A DNA stretch of 64,000 bases from Candidatus Pacearchaeota archaeon (GTDB lineage: Archaea > Nanobdellota > Nanobdellia > Pacearchaeales > GW2011-AR1): assembly GCA_018304145.1 (NCBI GenBank), contig JAGVWU010000001.1, positions 144-64,143 on the forward strand. The letters run 5' to 3'. Position 1 is the first letter of the stretch; each line of letters starts with the position of its first letter. Positions 36,989-46,662 of this stretch are shown here, piece after piece. The position numbers were made by a program, and so were the translations under genes. The notes under the pieces are model-generated. The model was not told the origin of the DNA. It saw only the letters and a program-made list of their open reading frames with translations, and searched no databases.

Positions 36989-37777
36989 CTAAACAGCTGG
37001 AAGATGAAGATAAACCTCTGCAGATCTGCTAGGAGTTTGTTTAAGTGGGATTACAAATCTTCTATCTTGCAATCCTAAATCTTCACTAGCCTTAAGAAGA
37101 ATATCGGGATTTGAATAACGTGGAACTATTCTACAAACTGGATGATCATGTTCACCTATAATTGATATTGATTGAGATAAAATTCCATGATTATTTTTCA
37201 GTTCATCTTGAAATTTACTGCAATATTGAGAATGACCTATATGTCCTGCTCCGCAATAAACTAATATTTTTGAAGATTGGTTAGTTTGTATTCTGGCTAG
37301 TAATCGTGCCCAAGCTTTATTTCTAACTTCTGGAGTTTCTTCAACATTGTCTAAATCTAATGCTATGACTTTCATCCCTGCGGATTTTGCAGCATCAATC
37401 ATTCCCAAATATAAATCTGGAAAGTTTTCGCCAAGCCGTGAGAATTCTTTTTGATGATAAGCCTTAATCTCATCAGGATTATCGCCTACACTGCAGTATC
37501 TGTCTATTGCTGGTTGCATTGATAATGATAACATTTCAGTTGCAAAATGTGTAATACCAAGACCCCAAAATTTGCTCATATTTTGTATGACTTCTTTTTT
37601 GGCTGCTTCACTGCCATGATACTCTCCAAAAAGAATTAGGGGTGCTAATCTAAAAAGAGGAGCATAATCTGCATCCTTTGGATTTGTTCTTTGAAGATAA
37701 GACAAAACTTCATCATAATTCGAATTAGAGTCATCAAATTCTTCTGTTCCAAATAGATTGTCTATAGTGTTGCTCAT
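36989..37777 (-). CDS. TraB/PrgY/GumN (TIKI-superfamily) protein
   Basis: LFGEYHGSEA (GxxH) near the N-terminus and VYCGAGHIGH (GAGH) near the C-terminus match the two conserved boxes of the TraB/PrgY pheromone-shutdown family. GC content is slightly higher than in neighbouring genes. Flanked by the two palindrome copies. Start placed at MSNTIDNLF. Confidence 0.45.
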   Translation of the reverse strand: MSNTIDNLFGTEEFDDSNSNYDEVLSYLQRTNPKDADYAPLFRLAPLILFGEYHGSEAAKKEVIQNMSKFWGLGITHFATEMLSLSMQPAIDRYCSVGDNPDEIKAYHQKEFSRLGENFPDLYLGMIDAAKSAGMKVIALDLDNVEETPEVRNKAWARLLARIQTNQSSKILVYCGAGHIGHSQYCSKFQDELKNNHGILSQSISIIGEHDHPVCRIVPRYSNPDILLKASEDLGLQDRRFVIPLKQTPSRSAEVYLHLPAV

Positions 37778-37884
37778 ATAAAAGGTTAAAATTAGAAGTT
37801 TATAAATCTTACTATATGTTACTACTACCTGATAACACATAATAATCCATTGCACAACAAATTTTCTAATATCTTGAGGAAAAA

Positions 37885-37928
37885 GTTGTGGACTTAATCC
37901 TTAGGATTAACTTATCGTGGGGGCGTTT
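37885..37928. repeat. TTGTGGAC + palindrome TTAATCCTTAGGATTAA (copy B) + TCGTGGGGGCGTTT (left copy of 14-bp direct repeat)
   Basis: Palindrome at 37894-37910 and 14-mer at 37915-37928, both read directly. Lies immediately upstream of the integrase gene. Confidence 0.6.
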
Positions 37929-37990
37929 GAGATTTGTTTGACACTCCTAACTAAGGCGGTTTTTAATAACAAAACCTCCTTATTTAAGGA

Positions 37991-39175
37991 ATGGAAGACA
38001 TACATAATTATAAACGAAGACTTGAAAGAACTCTCGAAAGGGTAAATAAACTTGATCTCTATCCAGAAGATAAGGAATTAATTTATAGATTCAAAGATCT
38101 TTGTATCTGTCAAAATATAAGTTATGGAAAATTAGATGCTTATCTATTCTATACAATAAAACTTACAAATTTCCTTCAAAAACCAATAAAGGAAGCCAAT
38201 AAAGAGGACATAATGAATGTTATAGCAAAACTTAATGAAACAAATTATAGTGAGCAAACCAAAAAATGTTTTAAAGTTTTACTTAAAAAATTATACAAAT
38301 ATATTAGAGGTATAGAAGGTAAAGGAGAATATCCTGAAGAGGTAAAATGGATGTCAACTACAATTTCTAGAAATCATCAAAAACTGCCTGATGAACTTAT
38401 TAATGAAAACGAAATAGAAAGTATTATTAGGGCTGCTCAAAATACGAGAGATAAAGCTTTAATTTCTATTCTTGCAGAATCAGGTTGCAGAGTTTCTGAA
38501 ATAGGTCTCATGAAAATAAAAAATGTTTCATTTGAAGAATATGGGACAAGAATAGCAGTTTCAGGAAAAACGGGATCAAGAAAAATATTAGTGATAAATA
38601 GTACACCTTATTTACAAGAGTGGATTAATCAACATCCATTAAATAACAATTCTGATTCTTTTCTATGGTACAATCCATTAAATAGCAAATATCTAAGTTA
38701 TACCCGAATTACCAGTATTCTAAAAACCGCAGCAAAAAGAGCAGGAATAAAGAAGAGAATTCATCCTCATTTGTTAAGGCATAGCAGAGCAACGAAAATG
38801 GCTACGGTAATGAGTGAAGCTTCCATGAAGCAATATTTTGGATGGACTCAGGGATCTTCAATGGCAGGAGTTTATGTTCATTTATCTGGAAAAGATACTG
38901 ATGATGCCATACTCAAAGCAAATGGAATTGAAATAACAAAAAAAGAAATGATTATAACAAAAATGAAACCTATTATTTGCAATAGATGTAAAACATCAAA
39001 CGAAGCAACAAATAGATTCTGTAAAATATGCGGTCTTCCTTTAACAAAGGAGATTGCAGAAGAAACAATAAAAGAAGATTCTGAAAAGAAAAAGTTTGAG
39101 GATATATTAGAAATTGCTTTATCGGATAAAAAAGTATTAGAAATGATTAAAGAGAAGATGAAAGTAATTTTATAG
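37991..39175 (+). CDS. tyrosine recombinase / integrase (XerC/D-phage integrase family) with C-terminal Zn ribbon
   Basis: Box I ESGCRVSEI (catalytic Arg), box II HPHLLRHSRATKMA (H-x-x-R-H) and catalytic Tyr in GVYVHL. C-terminal CNRCK...CKICG ribbon. Confidence 0.8.
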   Translation: MEDIHNYKRRLERTLERVNKLDLYPEDKELIYRFKDLCICQNISYGKLDAYLFYTIKLTNFLQKPIKEANKEDIMNVIAKLNETNYSEQTKKCFKVLLKKLYKYIRGIEGKGEYPEEVKWMSTTISRNHQKLPDELINENEIESIIRAAQNTRDKALISILAESGCRVSEIGLMKIKNVSFEEYGTRIAVSGKTGSRKILVINSTPYLQEWINQHPLNNNSDSFLWYNPLNSKYLSYTRITSILKTAAKRAGIKKRIHPHLLRHSRATKMATVMSEASMKQYFGWTQGSSMAGVYVHLSGKDTDDAILKANGIEITKKEMIITKMKPIICNRCKTSNEATNRFCKICGLPLTKEIAEETIKEDSEKKKFEDILEIALSDKKVLEMIKEKMKVIL

Positions 39176-40517
39176 GATTAAAATTTCCAAATTTTTCAAA
39201 AAATTCAGAAATAATCTTCTTAGCCTGATTATCTGTAAATTTTGATCTTGGGAAAAGCCCTGCCAAATCACCCCGATAATCTATTTCTAAAACAATTGGA
39301 TCTTCACATAATTTTGTGGTATCTCTTATTTTTATAAAATAAATATCAGTTATCTGCTTTTCTCTTTCCATTTTTGACCTTTCGATTATGCGCTTTATTT
39401 CGGGTCTTCTAAAAGAACCTCTTTGACCAAAGAGAATATTTCGGCTAATAATTTCTCTAATCTCCTCGCCTTTAACTGTTATAGGTTTGTAAATTAAAGG
39501 ATCATGATCAAAAACGCATATATCCCTGAGAAATTTTTTTGCTATAATTTTCATTTTCCCTCTAAAATCTATTCTATGAATTAACGTGGGATTTATTTCT
39601 CCAAATAGAATTTTGGCTAGTCTTTTTATCTGTCTTTCTTCTGTTGAAAATATAGTTATTGGAATATAATTTTTTCCTGATTTTTGTTCTGCCCATATTT
39701 CTATTTTATTAAAAGGTGGATAAATAATTTTATAAGGAAATCCTTTAAAGTTTAGTTTTATCACATTATTTTCTTTTTTTGGAATATAGTTAAGAATTAA
39801 TTTATTTTCTTCTTTTGTTATTTCTTCCATGTTATCTCTTATATATGGAAAATTTTTAATATTACTTAAAATGTGATCTAAAGAAGTATTTATAATTCTA
39901 AATTGAGATGCACAAACTATTAAGGGAAATGGAGCCTTTCTAACAATTGCTTTAAATTCAGCTTTATCACCAACTTGATTTAATATATCTTTTTTTAATG
40001 ATTTCATTTGATCAAGCATTTTTTTAAATCCCTGATTTTGTTGATCAGTTAATAAATCAATTTTTTGGTTTGTACTAACACATAATTCAGTAATTTTAGA
40101 TTGATATTCTTCCTCTATTTTAGCCCAGAGATGAGGATTAAGCCTTATTTTTTCTTTAAAAATATGATAAAACTCTGAGACTATTTTTTTTACATCTAAG
40201 TCCTTTTCTGTGGTGGTCTTTATATTTTCTCCAACAAGAGTTATACGAGTTAATTTATCAACACGAGGAATTTTAGAGTCCAAAACTAAATCTTTAACAG
40301 TTGGATTTTTTAGAAATCTTTTTATAAAATTCTTTGATTTAGGATATTTTTTAATCAATTCATTTAGAGTTTCCTCATAAATTTTTTCAAAGTTAGGTCT
40401 TAAAGCTTTATCAATTTTATTCTTAAAGAAATCATAAGCTACATTGGTTATAATTCCCAGAGCAGGATCTGTCAATCCCACAATTGCTAATTGGGCTGTT
40501 TTCTTAATGTCAACCAT
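39147..40517 (-). CDS. hypothetical protein
   Basis: 456-aa ORF, convergent with the integrase and overlapping its 3' end by about 29 nt. No motif recognised. Confidence 0.4.
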   Translation of the reverse strand: MVDIKKTAQLAIVGLTDPALGIITNVAYDFFKNKIDKALRPNFEKIYEETLNELIKKYPKSKNFIKRFLKNPTVKDLVLDSKIPRVDKLTRITLVGENIKTTTEKDLDVKKIVSEFYHIFKEKIRLNPHLWAKIEEEYQSKITELCVSTNQKIDLLTDQQNQGFKKMLDQMKSLKKDILNQVGDKAEFKAIVRKAPFPLIVCASQFRIINTSLDHILSNIKNFPYIRDNMEEITKEENKLILNYIPKKENNVIKLNFKGFPYKIIYPPFNKIEIWAEQKSGKNYIPITIFSTEERQIKRLAKILFGEINPTLIHRIDFRGKMKIIAKKFLRDICVFDHDPLIYKPITVKGEEIREIISRNILFGQRGSFRRPEIKRIIERSKMEREKQITDIYFIKIRDTTKLCEDPIVLEIDYRGDLAGLFPRSKFTDNQAKKIISEFFEKFGNFNPIKLLSSSL

Positions 40518-40579
40518 AATTTTTAAGGATAATCAAGTTTTTAGAATTTTCTAAATCAAAATTAATTAAAATTTTTTAA

Positions 40580-40849
40580 TCAATTTTCTTTATCCTCATA
40601 TATATACATCAAGAAAGGAATTCCTTCTTTTTCTCTTTTTATTTTTCTAATCCTTTTATCTAGTTCATCAAAATCTCGTGGATATTCTATTCGATAAGAA
40701 AATTTTGATCTTTTTTCTTTTAATTTTTGAAATTCGTTTATTAGATCCATTTTAAATCTAAGTACATTCCAAGCGCCTATACTTTCAGTATATGCCATTT
40801 TACCTTCAATCTCTATAATATTTTTTGGAGTTATAGCTTTCTTTTCCAT
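40580..40849 (-). CDS. small hypothetical protein
   Basis: 89-aa ORF with mixed composition. No motif recognised. Confidence 0.3.
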   Translation of the reverse strand: MEKKAITPKNIIEIEGKMAYTESIGAWNVLRFKMDLINEFQKLKEKRSKFSYRIEYPRDFDELDKRIRKIKREKEGIPFLMYIYEDKEN

Positions 40850-40956
40850 TTTCAGAGTATCACCTCTGAAATATATAATTCTTTAAATAAATTGGTGGAT
40901 ATAGTATATAACATTATAACACAACCCCTAGAGTTGCATATCCTTCGAACTATAGC

Positions 40957-40973
40957 ACAACCTAGGTGGTTGT
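40957..40973. promoter_or_regulatory. near-palindrome ACAACCTAGGTGGTTGT plus direct repeat ACACAACC(C)CTAG in the divergent promoter region upstream of the TrmB-like gene
   Basis: Read directly. A candidate operator in the 198-bp divergent intergenic region. Confidence 0.35.
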
Positions 40974-41047
40974 AGTTAAATTTAAAAATACCATCTTTCT
41001 GGTTAATTTATCCCTGTGGGAAAATGAGTTCTGTGATAATTTAGAAA

Positions 41048-41773
41048 ATGTCAAATCAAATAGAAACTTTAGATGCAAAACTACTAGGATTGAACAATTA
41101 CGAATTATCAGCTTATAAGTCATTGATAAAACTTGGTAAGAGCTCTGCGCCAGAGATAAGTAAAATTAGTACTGTTCCATATGGAAGAATTTACGATGTA
41201 TTGTATTCGCTTGAAGCTAAGGGGTATATTAAAACGATAACTGGTAAAACAAAATATTTCATTGCATCAGGTCCTAAAGAAATAATAAAACTAATTCAAG
41301 ATAAAAAGAAAGAGTTAGAGAATCTTGAAACAGAATTCGAAAAACTTGAACAAATATATGATACTAAAGAAGATGAACCAGTAATTATTGTTAAGGGTAA
41401 TAGAAATTTTCATAGAATTATCAAAGAAAAGCCTGAAGCAAAAAAATATCGTTATACAATAAAATATAATTCTGTAATAAATCCTGAATGGATTAAAGGT
41501 TATAAGAGTAAGTTAAGGAAAAAAATTGATATCAAGAATCTAGTAAGATATGATGAAAAAACAAAGAAAAATGTAATGAAATGGAAAAATGTTCTCCCTG
41601 AAATTAAAGCAATTGAAAATGAGGGAGTTGTGATGTCTTTAATTGACGATCATTATGTTATGATTGGATTGATTACTTCTAATTGTACTATTGTAATAAA
41701 AAATGAAGCACTTTGCAAGATTCTGAAAAAAATGTATCTTGCAACTTACGAAAAAGCAGAGGTGATAAAGTAA
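41048..41773 (+). CDS. TrmB-like winged-helix transcriptional regulator
   Basis: YELSAYKSLIKLGKSSAPEISKISTVPYGRIYDVLYSLEAKGYI is a TrmB-type HTH. First gene of a tightly coupled five-gene plus-strand operon. Confidence 0.6.
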   Translation: MSNQIETLDAKLLGLNNYELSAYKSLIKLGKSSAPEISKISTVPYGRIYDVLYSLEAKGYIKTITGKTKYFIASGPKEIIKLIQDKKKELENLETEFEKLEQIYDTKEDEPVIIVKGNRNFHRIIKEKPEAKKYRYTIKYNSVINPEWIKGYKSKLRKKIDIKNLVRYDEKTKKNVMKWKNVLPEIKAIENEGVVMSLIDDHYVMIGLITSNCTIVIKNEALCKILKKMYLATYEKAEVIK

Positions 41774-41774
41774 A

Positions 41775-42947
41775 ATGCAACAAAAACTTAAACAAAAACA
41801 ATCGAATCAAAATATTTCATGGAATAAATTAAGTTCAATTTCAAAAGTTTATCTTTTAGATATCTATAGAGATATTTTAGCAAATGAACAAATAAAAAAA
41901 TGCCAACTTTTGAATAATAGAGATGTTTATTTTAAAGATTCTAATATGACTTTACAAGGAACTTCTGTTTCAGGACTAAGCTCTCCGGCTATTTTAGATA
42001 GACCAATAATTTTTGATAAAAATAATTCTATCAAACAGAATCTTGATAAATTTACTTCAATTTTAGCAGAATGTTATTTAAAAAATATGAAAAATGATTT
42101 GAAAGTTTTCAAAAAAGCATTTCCTGATGATATTGAGCAATTCAGGAAAATTGGTACTTATTGGGTTGGACATATAAGTGCTAAAATGTTAGGATTAATT
42201 TTCAAGTTAGATATCGATATGGATAAACTTGATCCAAACAAATACAGAATCAATGTTCCATTTTATCAACTGATGAACAATTCTAAATATAGCAAATTAA
42301 AGAAACTATACTTAGAAAAAACTAATAATCATTCAATTAAATTTATATCAAAAAAAAGTTTTATTTTATCTGATTCAACAGGAGCAAGAGGAATTGTTAA
42401 TGACGTTAATTCAAAAGAAAGAAGTAGAATAAGAATTCTTGTTCCATCAAATGTTAATAATATTCTTTCAATAATTTCTAAATTAACTGTTAAGAAAATT
42501 AATTTATTAAAAAGCAAATATAAAGAAACTGAAAATTTAAATCTTAAATCATTGGCTTTAATCTGTAGTGATACAGATTCTCCAGAAGGAATTTATAGAG
42601 AATTGGAATGGCGTCCAATTGAGGGTTATCCCTTAACTCCTGGCTGTTTTATTCTAGGTTCAACAGGATCTTTGGATTTATATTGTTTACAAGCAAAATA
42701 TATTTACAGATTATCATTAGCTGCTCAAGAAGAAATGAAAAATAGTATAACCAGTAACATTAAAGGAAAATATACGCCTGTAGTTTGGTTCGGAGCATTA
42801 AGTCTTCACGCATTAACTGAGCATAAAATAGTTGACACTGAAAAATTATCAGAACTAAGATATGATGGAGATTATGATCCTAAAAAAGAGTTTTTACATT
42901 GGATAAATAGAGAAGGTAAAGAGTATCTTAAAGGAGATTTAAAATGA
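41775..42947 (+). CDS. hypothetical protein
   Basis: 390-aa ORF that starts 2 nt after the regulator stop, with an ATGA overlap onto the next gene. No motif recognised. Confidence 0.45.
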   Translation: MQQKLKQKQSNQNISWNKLSSISKVYLLDIYRDILANEQIKKCQLLNNRDVYFKDSNMTLQGTSVSGLSSPAILDRPIIFDKNNSIKQNLDKFTSILAECYLKNMKNDLKVFKKAFPDDIEQFRKIGTYWVGHISAKMLGLIFKLDIDMDKLDPNKYRINVPFYQLMNNSKYSKLKKLYLEKTNNHSIKFISKKSFILSDSTGARGIVNDVNSKERSRIRILVPSNVNNILSIISKLTVKKINLLKSKYKETENLNLKSLALICSDTDSPEGIYRELEWRPIEGYPLTPGCFILGSTGSLDLYCLQAKYIYRLSLAAQEEMKNSITSNIKGKYTPVVWFGALSLHALTEHKIVDTEKLSELRYDGDYDPKKEFLHWINREGKEYLKGDLK

Positions 42948-43780
42948 GAATATTAGTAATAGGTGATCTACATGGAGAATTTCCTGAGAGTGTTCGAGAA
43001 GTAATAAAAAAGGAAAAAATAGATTTAATCCTTTCAACAGGTGACTTTGCTAATTTTGATAACTATAGAAAAATAAAATTTGATAAAATAGATAAAACAA
43101 ACTTTGCTAAAAACAAAGTCAAAGATCATATTCAAAATGATGAATATCAAAAGATGATTAATGAAATTATAAAATCTATGGAAAAACCCTTAGAAGTTTT
43201 AGATTCTTTTAATATTCCTGTTTATTCAATTTATGGAAATCTTGATTATACAAACTATGAAGTTAACAAACATAAAATAAAATCTAATAGTTTAAACAGA
43301 ATTATTAAGAAATCAAAAAATATTAAATTATTCCGAGAAGGATTTGTTGATTTTGATGATTTACAAATATTATTATTTTCAGGATATAGAAAAAATTATT
43401 TAAAATATGCTCCAAAGAAAACAAAGAAAGTTGATAGATTAAATAAGGGTTGGAAAGACAGACTTTCAAAAATATTTTCACAAATCAAACCAAATAAACC
43501 AGTTTTATTTTTATTCCATGATCCTCCAAAAGATACTAAATTAGATTTGATAAATAATCCAAATAGCCCAATGAATGGAAAGCATGTTGGAGACGAGATT
43601 ATAAGAGAATTTATAGAAAAATATCAACCTCAAGTTGCTATTTGTGGACATATGCACGAAACACAAGGAACTGACCAGATAAAAAAATCTCTAGTTATAA
43701 ATGCAGGTTATGGAAGAGTCGGACAATTTTTAATTTTGGATATTAATGGTGATGAAATTAAATATGATTTGAGGAAATAA
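42944..43780 (+). CDS. calcineurin-like metallophosphoesterase
   Basis: MRILVIGDLHGEF (motif I), GDF (motif II) and GHMHE (motif V). Confidence 0.75.
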   Translation: MRILVIGDLHGEFPESVREVIKKEKIDLILSTGDFANFDNYRKIKFDKIDKTNFAKNKVKDHIQNDEYQKMINEIIKSMEKPLEVLDSFNIPVYSIYGNLDYTNYEVNKHKIKSNSLNRIIKKSKNIKLFREGFVDFDDLQILLFSGYRKNYLKYAPKKTKKVDRLNKGWKDRLSKIFSQIKPNKPVLFLFHDPPKDTKLDLINNPNSPMNGKHVGDEIIREFIEKYQPQVAICGHMHETQGTDQIKKSLVINAGYGRVGQFLILDINGDEIKYDLRK

Positions 43781-43781
43781 A

Positions 43782-44321
43782 ATGACAAAAACAAATTTAG
43801 TTTTATTGACAGGGCTTCCAGCAGCAGGAAAAAGTACAGTTGCACAGAGATTAGTTAGGGAAAATGGTTTTGCTATTTTATCCACAGATGATTTAAGACA
43901 ATCATTATTTCAGCAAACTTATGAAGAATTAGCAAAAGATGGAAAAAGAAAAGATGAAGTAGTAAGAAAGATTATTGATTATTCTAAATTACAGATTTTA
44001 GCAGCAGGTTGTGATTTGGTTATTGACTCAACTGCCCCTACAGAAAAATTCAGAAGGAGAATGTTAGAGCTACCAAAAGATCTTGAACAAACCATTAAGA
44101 AAACTATTTTATATGTAAGTGCTGGAGAATTTGTTAGAAATTCAAGACATATTTCTAGAGGAGGTTCTGGGGTTGCTTTGGAAACTATTCAAGGATTTTG
44201 GAAAGAGCCTCGAGATGGATTTTGTGGTGCTAGTTTATATTCTATTTATAATAATAGCGACAGTGATATAGGAAAATTGTATAGAGATGTTACAGATTTT
44301 TATGAGTGGTTGAAGGGATAA
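43782..44321 (+). CDS. P-loop kinase (AAA_33 / zeta-toxin / polynucleotide-kinase-like)
   Basis: Walker A LLTGLPAAGKSTVAQRL at the N-terminus and Walker B-like DLVIDST. 179 aa. Starts 2 nt after the phosphoesterase gene. Confidence 0.65.
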   Translation: MTKTNLVLLTGLPAAGKSTVAQRLVRENGFAILSTDDLRQSLFQQTYEELAKDGKRKDEVVRKIIDYSKLQILAAGCDLVIDSTAPTEKFRRRMLELPKDLEQTIKKTILYVSAGEFVRNSRHISRGGSGVALETIQGFWKEPRDGFCGASLYSIYNNSDSDIGKLYRDVTDFYEWLKG

Positions 44322-44372
44322 TTTTGGTATAAGAGTTGATAAGTTTAATAAGCCTTTATTTTATGTTTATAT

Positions 44373-45446
44373 ATGCCATCGGAATCTATTGAACATCTAG
44401 AATTGAAGCGAAAAGCGAGAGAAATCTTAACTAATAAATATGGATTTAAAGATAATGAAATAACTGAAGAATATCCTCATATTTTGTCTAATGGTGTAAG
44501 AATTGAAATTGACGTTTTCGCAAAGAATAGTAATGGATTAAAAGCGATTGAATGTGGAAGTGTTAGTAAGTTAAAATTAATTACTATGAAAAATGAATTC
44601 GGAAAAGAAAATGTTATTCATATTCCATACTCTGAAGCGGTGTTAAAATCATTATTTTATGGAGATAAAGATTTATCTTCAAAAAAACAATTACTAAAAG
44701 CAGTTTTTAATGAAGAAATTTATGAAAAATTAAAGGAAGATAAAGACTATGGGTTTCTAGAATATAATGATAAAAATAAGGATTATTTTTATATTGGAAG
44801 ATTTGAATCTTGGATGGCTTTTCCAACAAATAGAAGTATTATTGATGGCAGAAAATTAATGTATGAAATTAACTTTACTATTTCTTATATTGATAAAGAA
44901 ACCTATGAAATAACTATAAATGCTGAAACAAATGATTCTGTAAGTCAATATATTGAATTAACTGATAATACTAAAGACAAAATATTTGATGAATTAAAAA
45001 AATTACCTTCAAATTTTTTTACTCAAGATGGAATAAAATTCAAAACTGAAAAGAGAAGACTTCCACCTTTACCGAGAAATTGGGAGGTTACAGAACCTAC
45101 CCCCTGCAATCAACTAACAAAGGAAAAATTAATAGAAATAGAGAATAGATTAAAGTGGTATTTAAGCGAAGGTGGAAAATTTGAAGAATATCCAATACTT
45201 TCATTGGTAAGAATAAATGTTAGAAAAAAAGATTTAGCAAAAACCTTACTTATATTAAAGCCCATTTATTTACTATCATTTAAGTTTAAAACAAAAAAAG
45301 AAGAAAAAGCCGTTCATGATAGTTTGGAATCATTAAAACAGAGAAGGAATGCAATATTAAGTGGATTTATTCCAGAAGCAACACAAGAAGAATATGAAGA
45401 CCTTGAAGTTCAAATAGCAAAGATGCAAAAAGAATTAGATGAATAG
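44373..45446 (+). CDS. hypothetical protein (N-terminal region possibly restriction-endonuclease-like)
   Basis: 357-aa ORF. The N-terminal ~80 aa contain RIEIDVFAK ... AIECGS, which weakly resembles a PD-(D/E)xK core. Not secure. Confidence 0.4.
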   Translation: MPSESIEHLELKRKAREILTNKYGFKDNEITEEYPHILSNGVRIEIDVFAKNSNGLKAIECGSVSKLKLITMKNEFGKENVIHIPYSEAVLKSLFYGDKDLSSKKQLLKAVFNEEIYEKLKEDKDYGFLEYNDKNKDYFYIGRFESWMAFPTNRSIIDGRKLMYEINFTISYIDKETYEITINAETNDSVSQYIELTDNTKDKIFDELKKLPSNFFTQDGIKFKTEKRRLPPLPRNWEVTEPTPCNQLTKEKLIEIENRLKWYLSEGGKFEEYPILSLVRINVRKKDLAKTLLILKPIYLLSFKFKTKKEEKAVHDSLESLKQRRNAILSGFIPEATQEEYEDLEVQIAKMQKELDE

Positions 45447-45450
45447 AATA

Positions 45451-46020
45451 TTATTCTTCCACTTTATTACCTCTCCAAAAATAAAGGTCTAGATAGCATC
45501 TATCACAGTTATATTCTTCGTTTGAAACTTGCTTAGCAAATTTTTGTAAATTATAGCTGTCTTCTTTTATTAAACTCTTAATATTATTCCATCTTAATTT
45601 TATTCCTTTTTGTTCTGCCATCTCAACTAATTTCTTTGCATTTGGATTGTCTAAAGGAACTTCTAAAAAAGGAATTATTTTATTTAACCCATACTCTTTA
45701 GAGAGAAATATATCGTGTGAAGACTGAAATAAGAATATGTTCAACGCTTTTCTTGCTATTCCCCAGCTTTTAGAATGAATTTTTTCTTTCAGAAGATTAG
45801 TCTGTTCATCTAGTTTATTTAAAAAATCAGATTCAGATAAAGTATTATTAAAAATATTGAGGTCAAAACTTTTTAGAAATTCTCTTGTTAAGTTTATTGT
45901 TCCAGTAGGTTGTCCTCGTAAGGTGGATGGACCTATTGAAATGTTTGATATTCTTTTTTGAACTAACTTTATAAATGATACCATTTTAATTATTCTTCCA
46001 TCTCTTCCCAAGCACACCAT
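45451..46020 (-). CDS. hypothetical protein (last gene of the R-M-linked operon)
   Basis: 189-aa ORF overlapping the upstream Cas4-like gene by about 30 nt. No motif recognised. Confidence 0.35.
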   Translation of the reverse strand: MVCLGRDGRIIKMVSFIKLVQKRISNISIGPSTLRGQPTGTINLTREFLKSFDLNIFNNTLSESDFLNKLDEQTNLLKEKIHSKSWGIARKALNIFLFQSSHDIFLSKEYGLNKIIPFLEVPLDNPNAKKLVEMAEQKGIKLRWNNIKSLIKEDSYNLQKFAKQVSNEEYNCDRCYLDLYFWRGNKVEE

Positions 46021-46661
46021 TCACATTCTCCATGCTCATGTTTTCTAGGACAAGGTCCATTAAGTAGTTTAATTGCTTTCTTCCAAATGTTCTCGGCGTT
46101 TTTTACATCTATTTTCATCTTAACAAGTTTAGTCTCGAAGATTACTTCTCCAGTTTCCTTGACTTCTTTTGGATAATAAAACAACAAGAAAGAATAATCT
46201 TCGGTTTCATAACCATTTTCCCTAAAAAGATAGTTGTAAAAATCAAGTTGGTTTTGATAATGTTTGTGTGTATCTTCCTTTAATGGAAACCCACGAGTTT
46301 TATAATCTAATATAATTATTTTCTTGCCTTTTGTTAAAAGATTGTCTATTGCACCGTGCAATATGTTACCTTCATTGTCCTTAATTGAAATACCTTTGAA
46401 GTTGCTTCTCCAAACTTTAAGCAACTCAACATCATTAAACAAATTACAGTCTTTGCATTCCTTGTTTTCTCGAAGTTCAGGGGGAAGTTTACCTTTCTCC
46501 ATAAATTTATCAAAATGCTTTTTTAGAATTGCATCCATTCCACTTGGAAGGGATGGGAATATTGTATCTGGTCTTTTTTTCTCTTTATTATAATGCAACC
46601 AGAAACATCTAGGGCAATCTTCTATTAAGGATAAAGATGATGGTGAGAGTTTATATGGCAT
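45990..46661 (-). CDS. Cas4/RecB-like PD-(D/E)xK nuclease with Fe-S Cys cluster
   Basis: N-terminal Cys (CPRCFW). Motif II GAIDNLL, motif III IIILDYKT (D-x-K) and a tyrosine-containing Q/Y-type motif. C-terminal CPRKHEHGECEWC supplies three further Cys. This arrangement is characteristic of Cas4/AddB-type nucleases. Confidence 0.55.
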   Translation of the reverse strand: MPYKLSPSSLSLIEDCPRCFWLHYNKEKKRPDTIFPSLPSGMDAILKKHFDKFMEKGKLPPELRENKECKDCNLFNDVELLKVWRSNFKGISIKDNEGNILHGAIDNLLTKGKKIIILDYKTRGFPLKEDTHKHYQNQLDFYNYLFRENGYETEDYSFLLFYYPKEVKETGEVIFETKLVKMKIDVKNAENIWKKAIKLLNGPCPRKHEHGECEWCAWEEMEE

Positions 46662-46662
46662 T

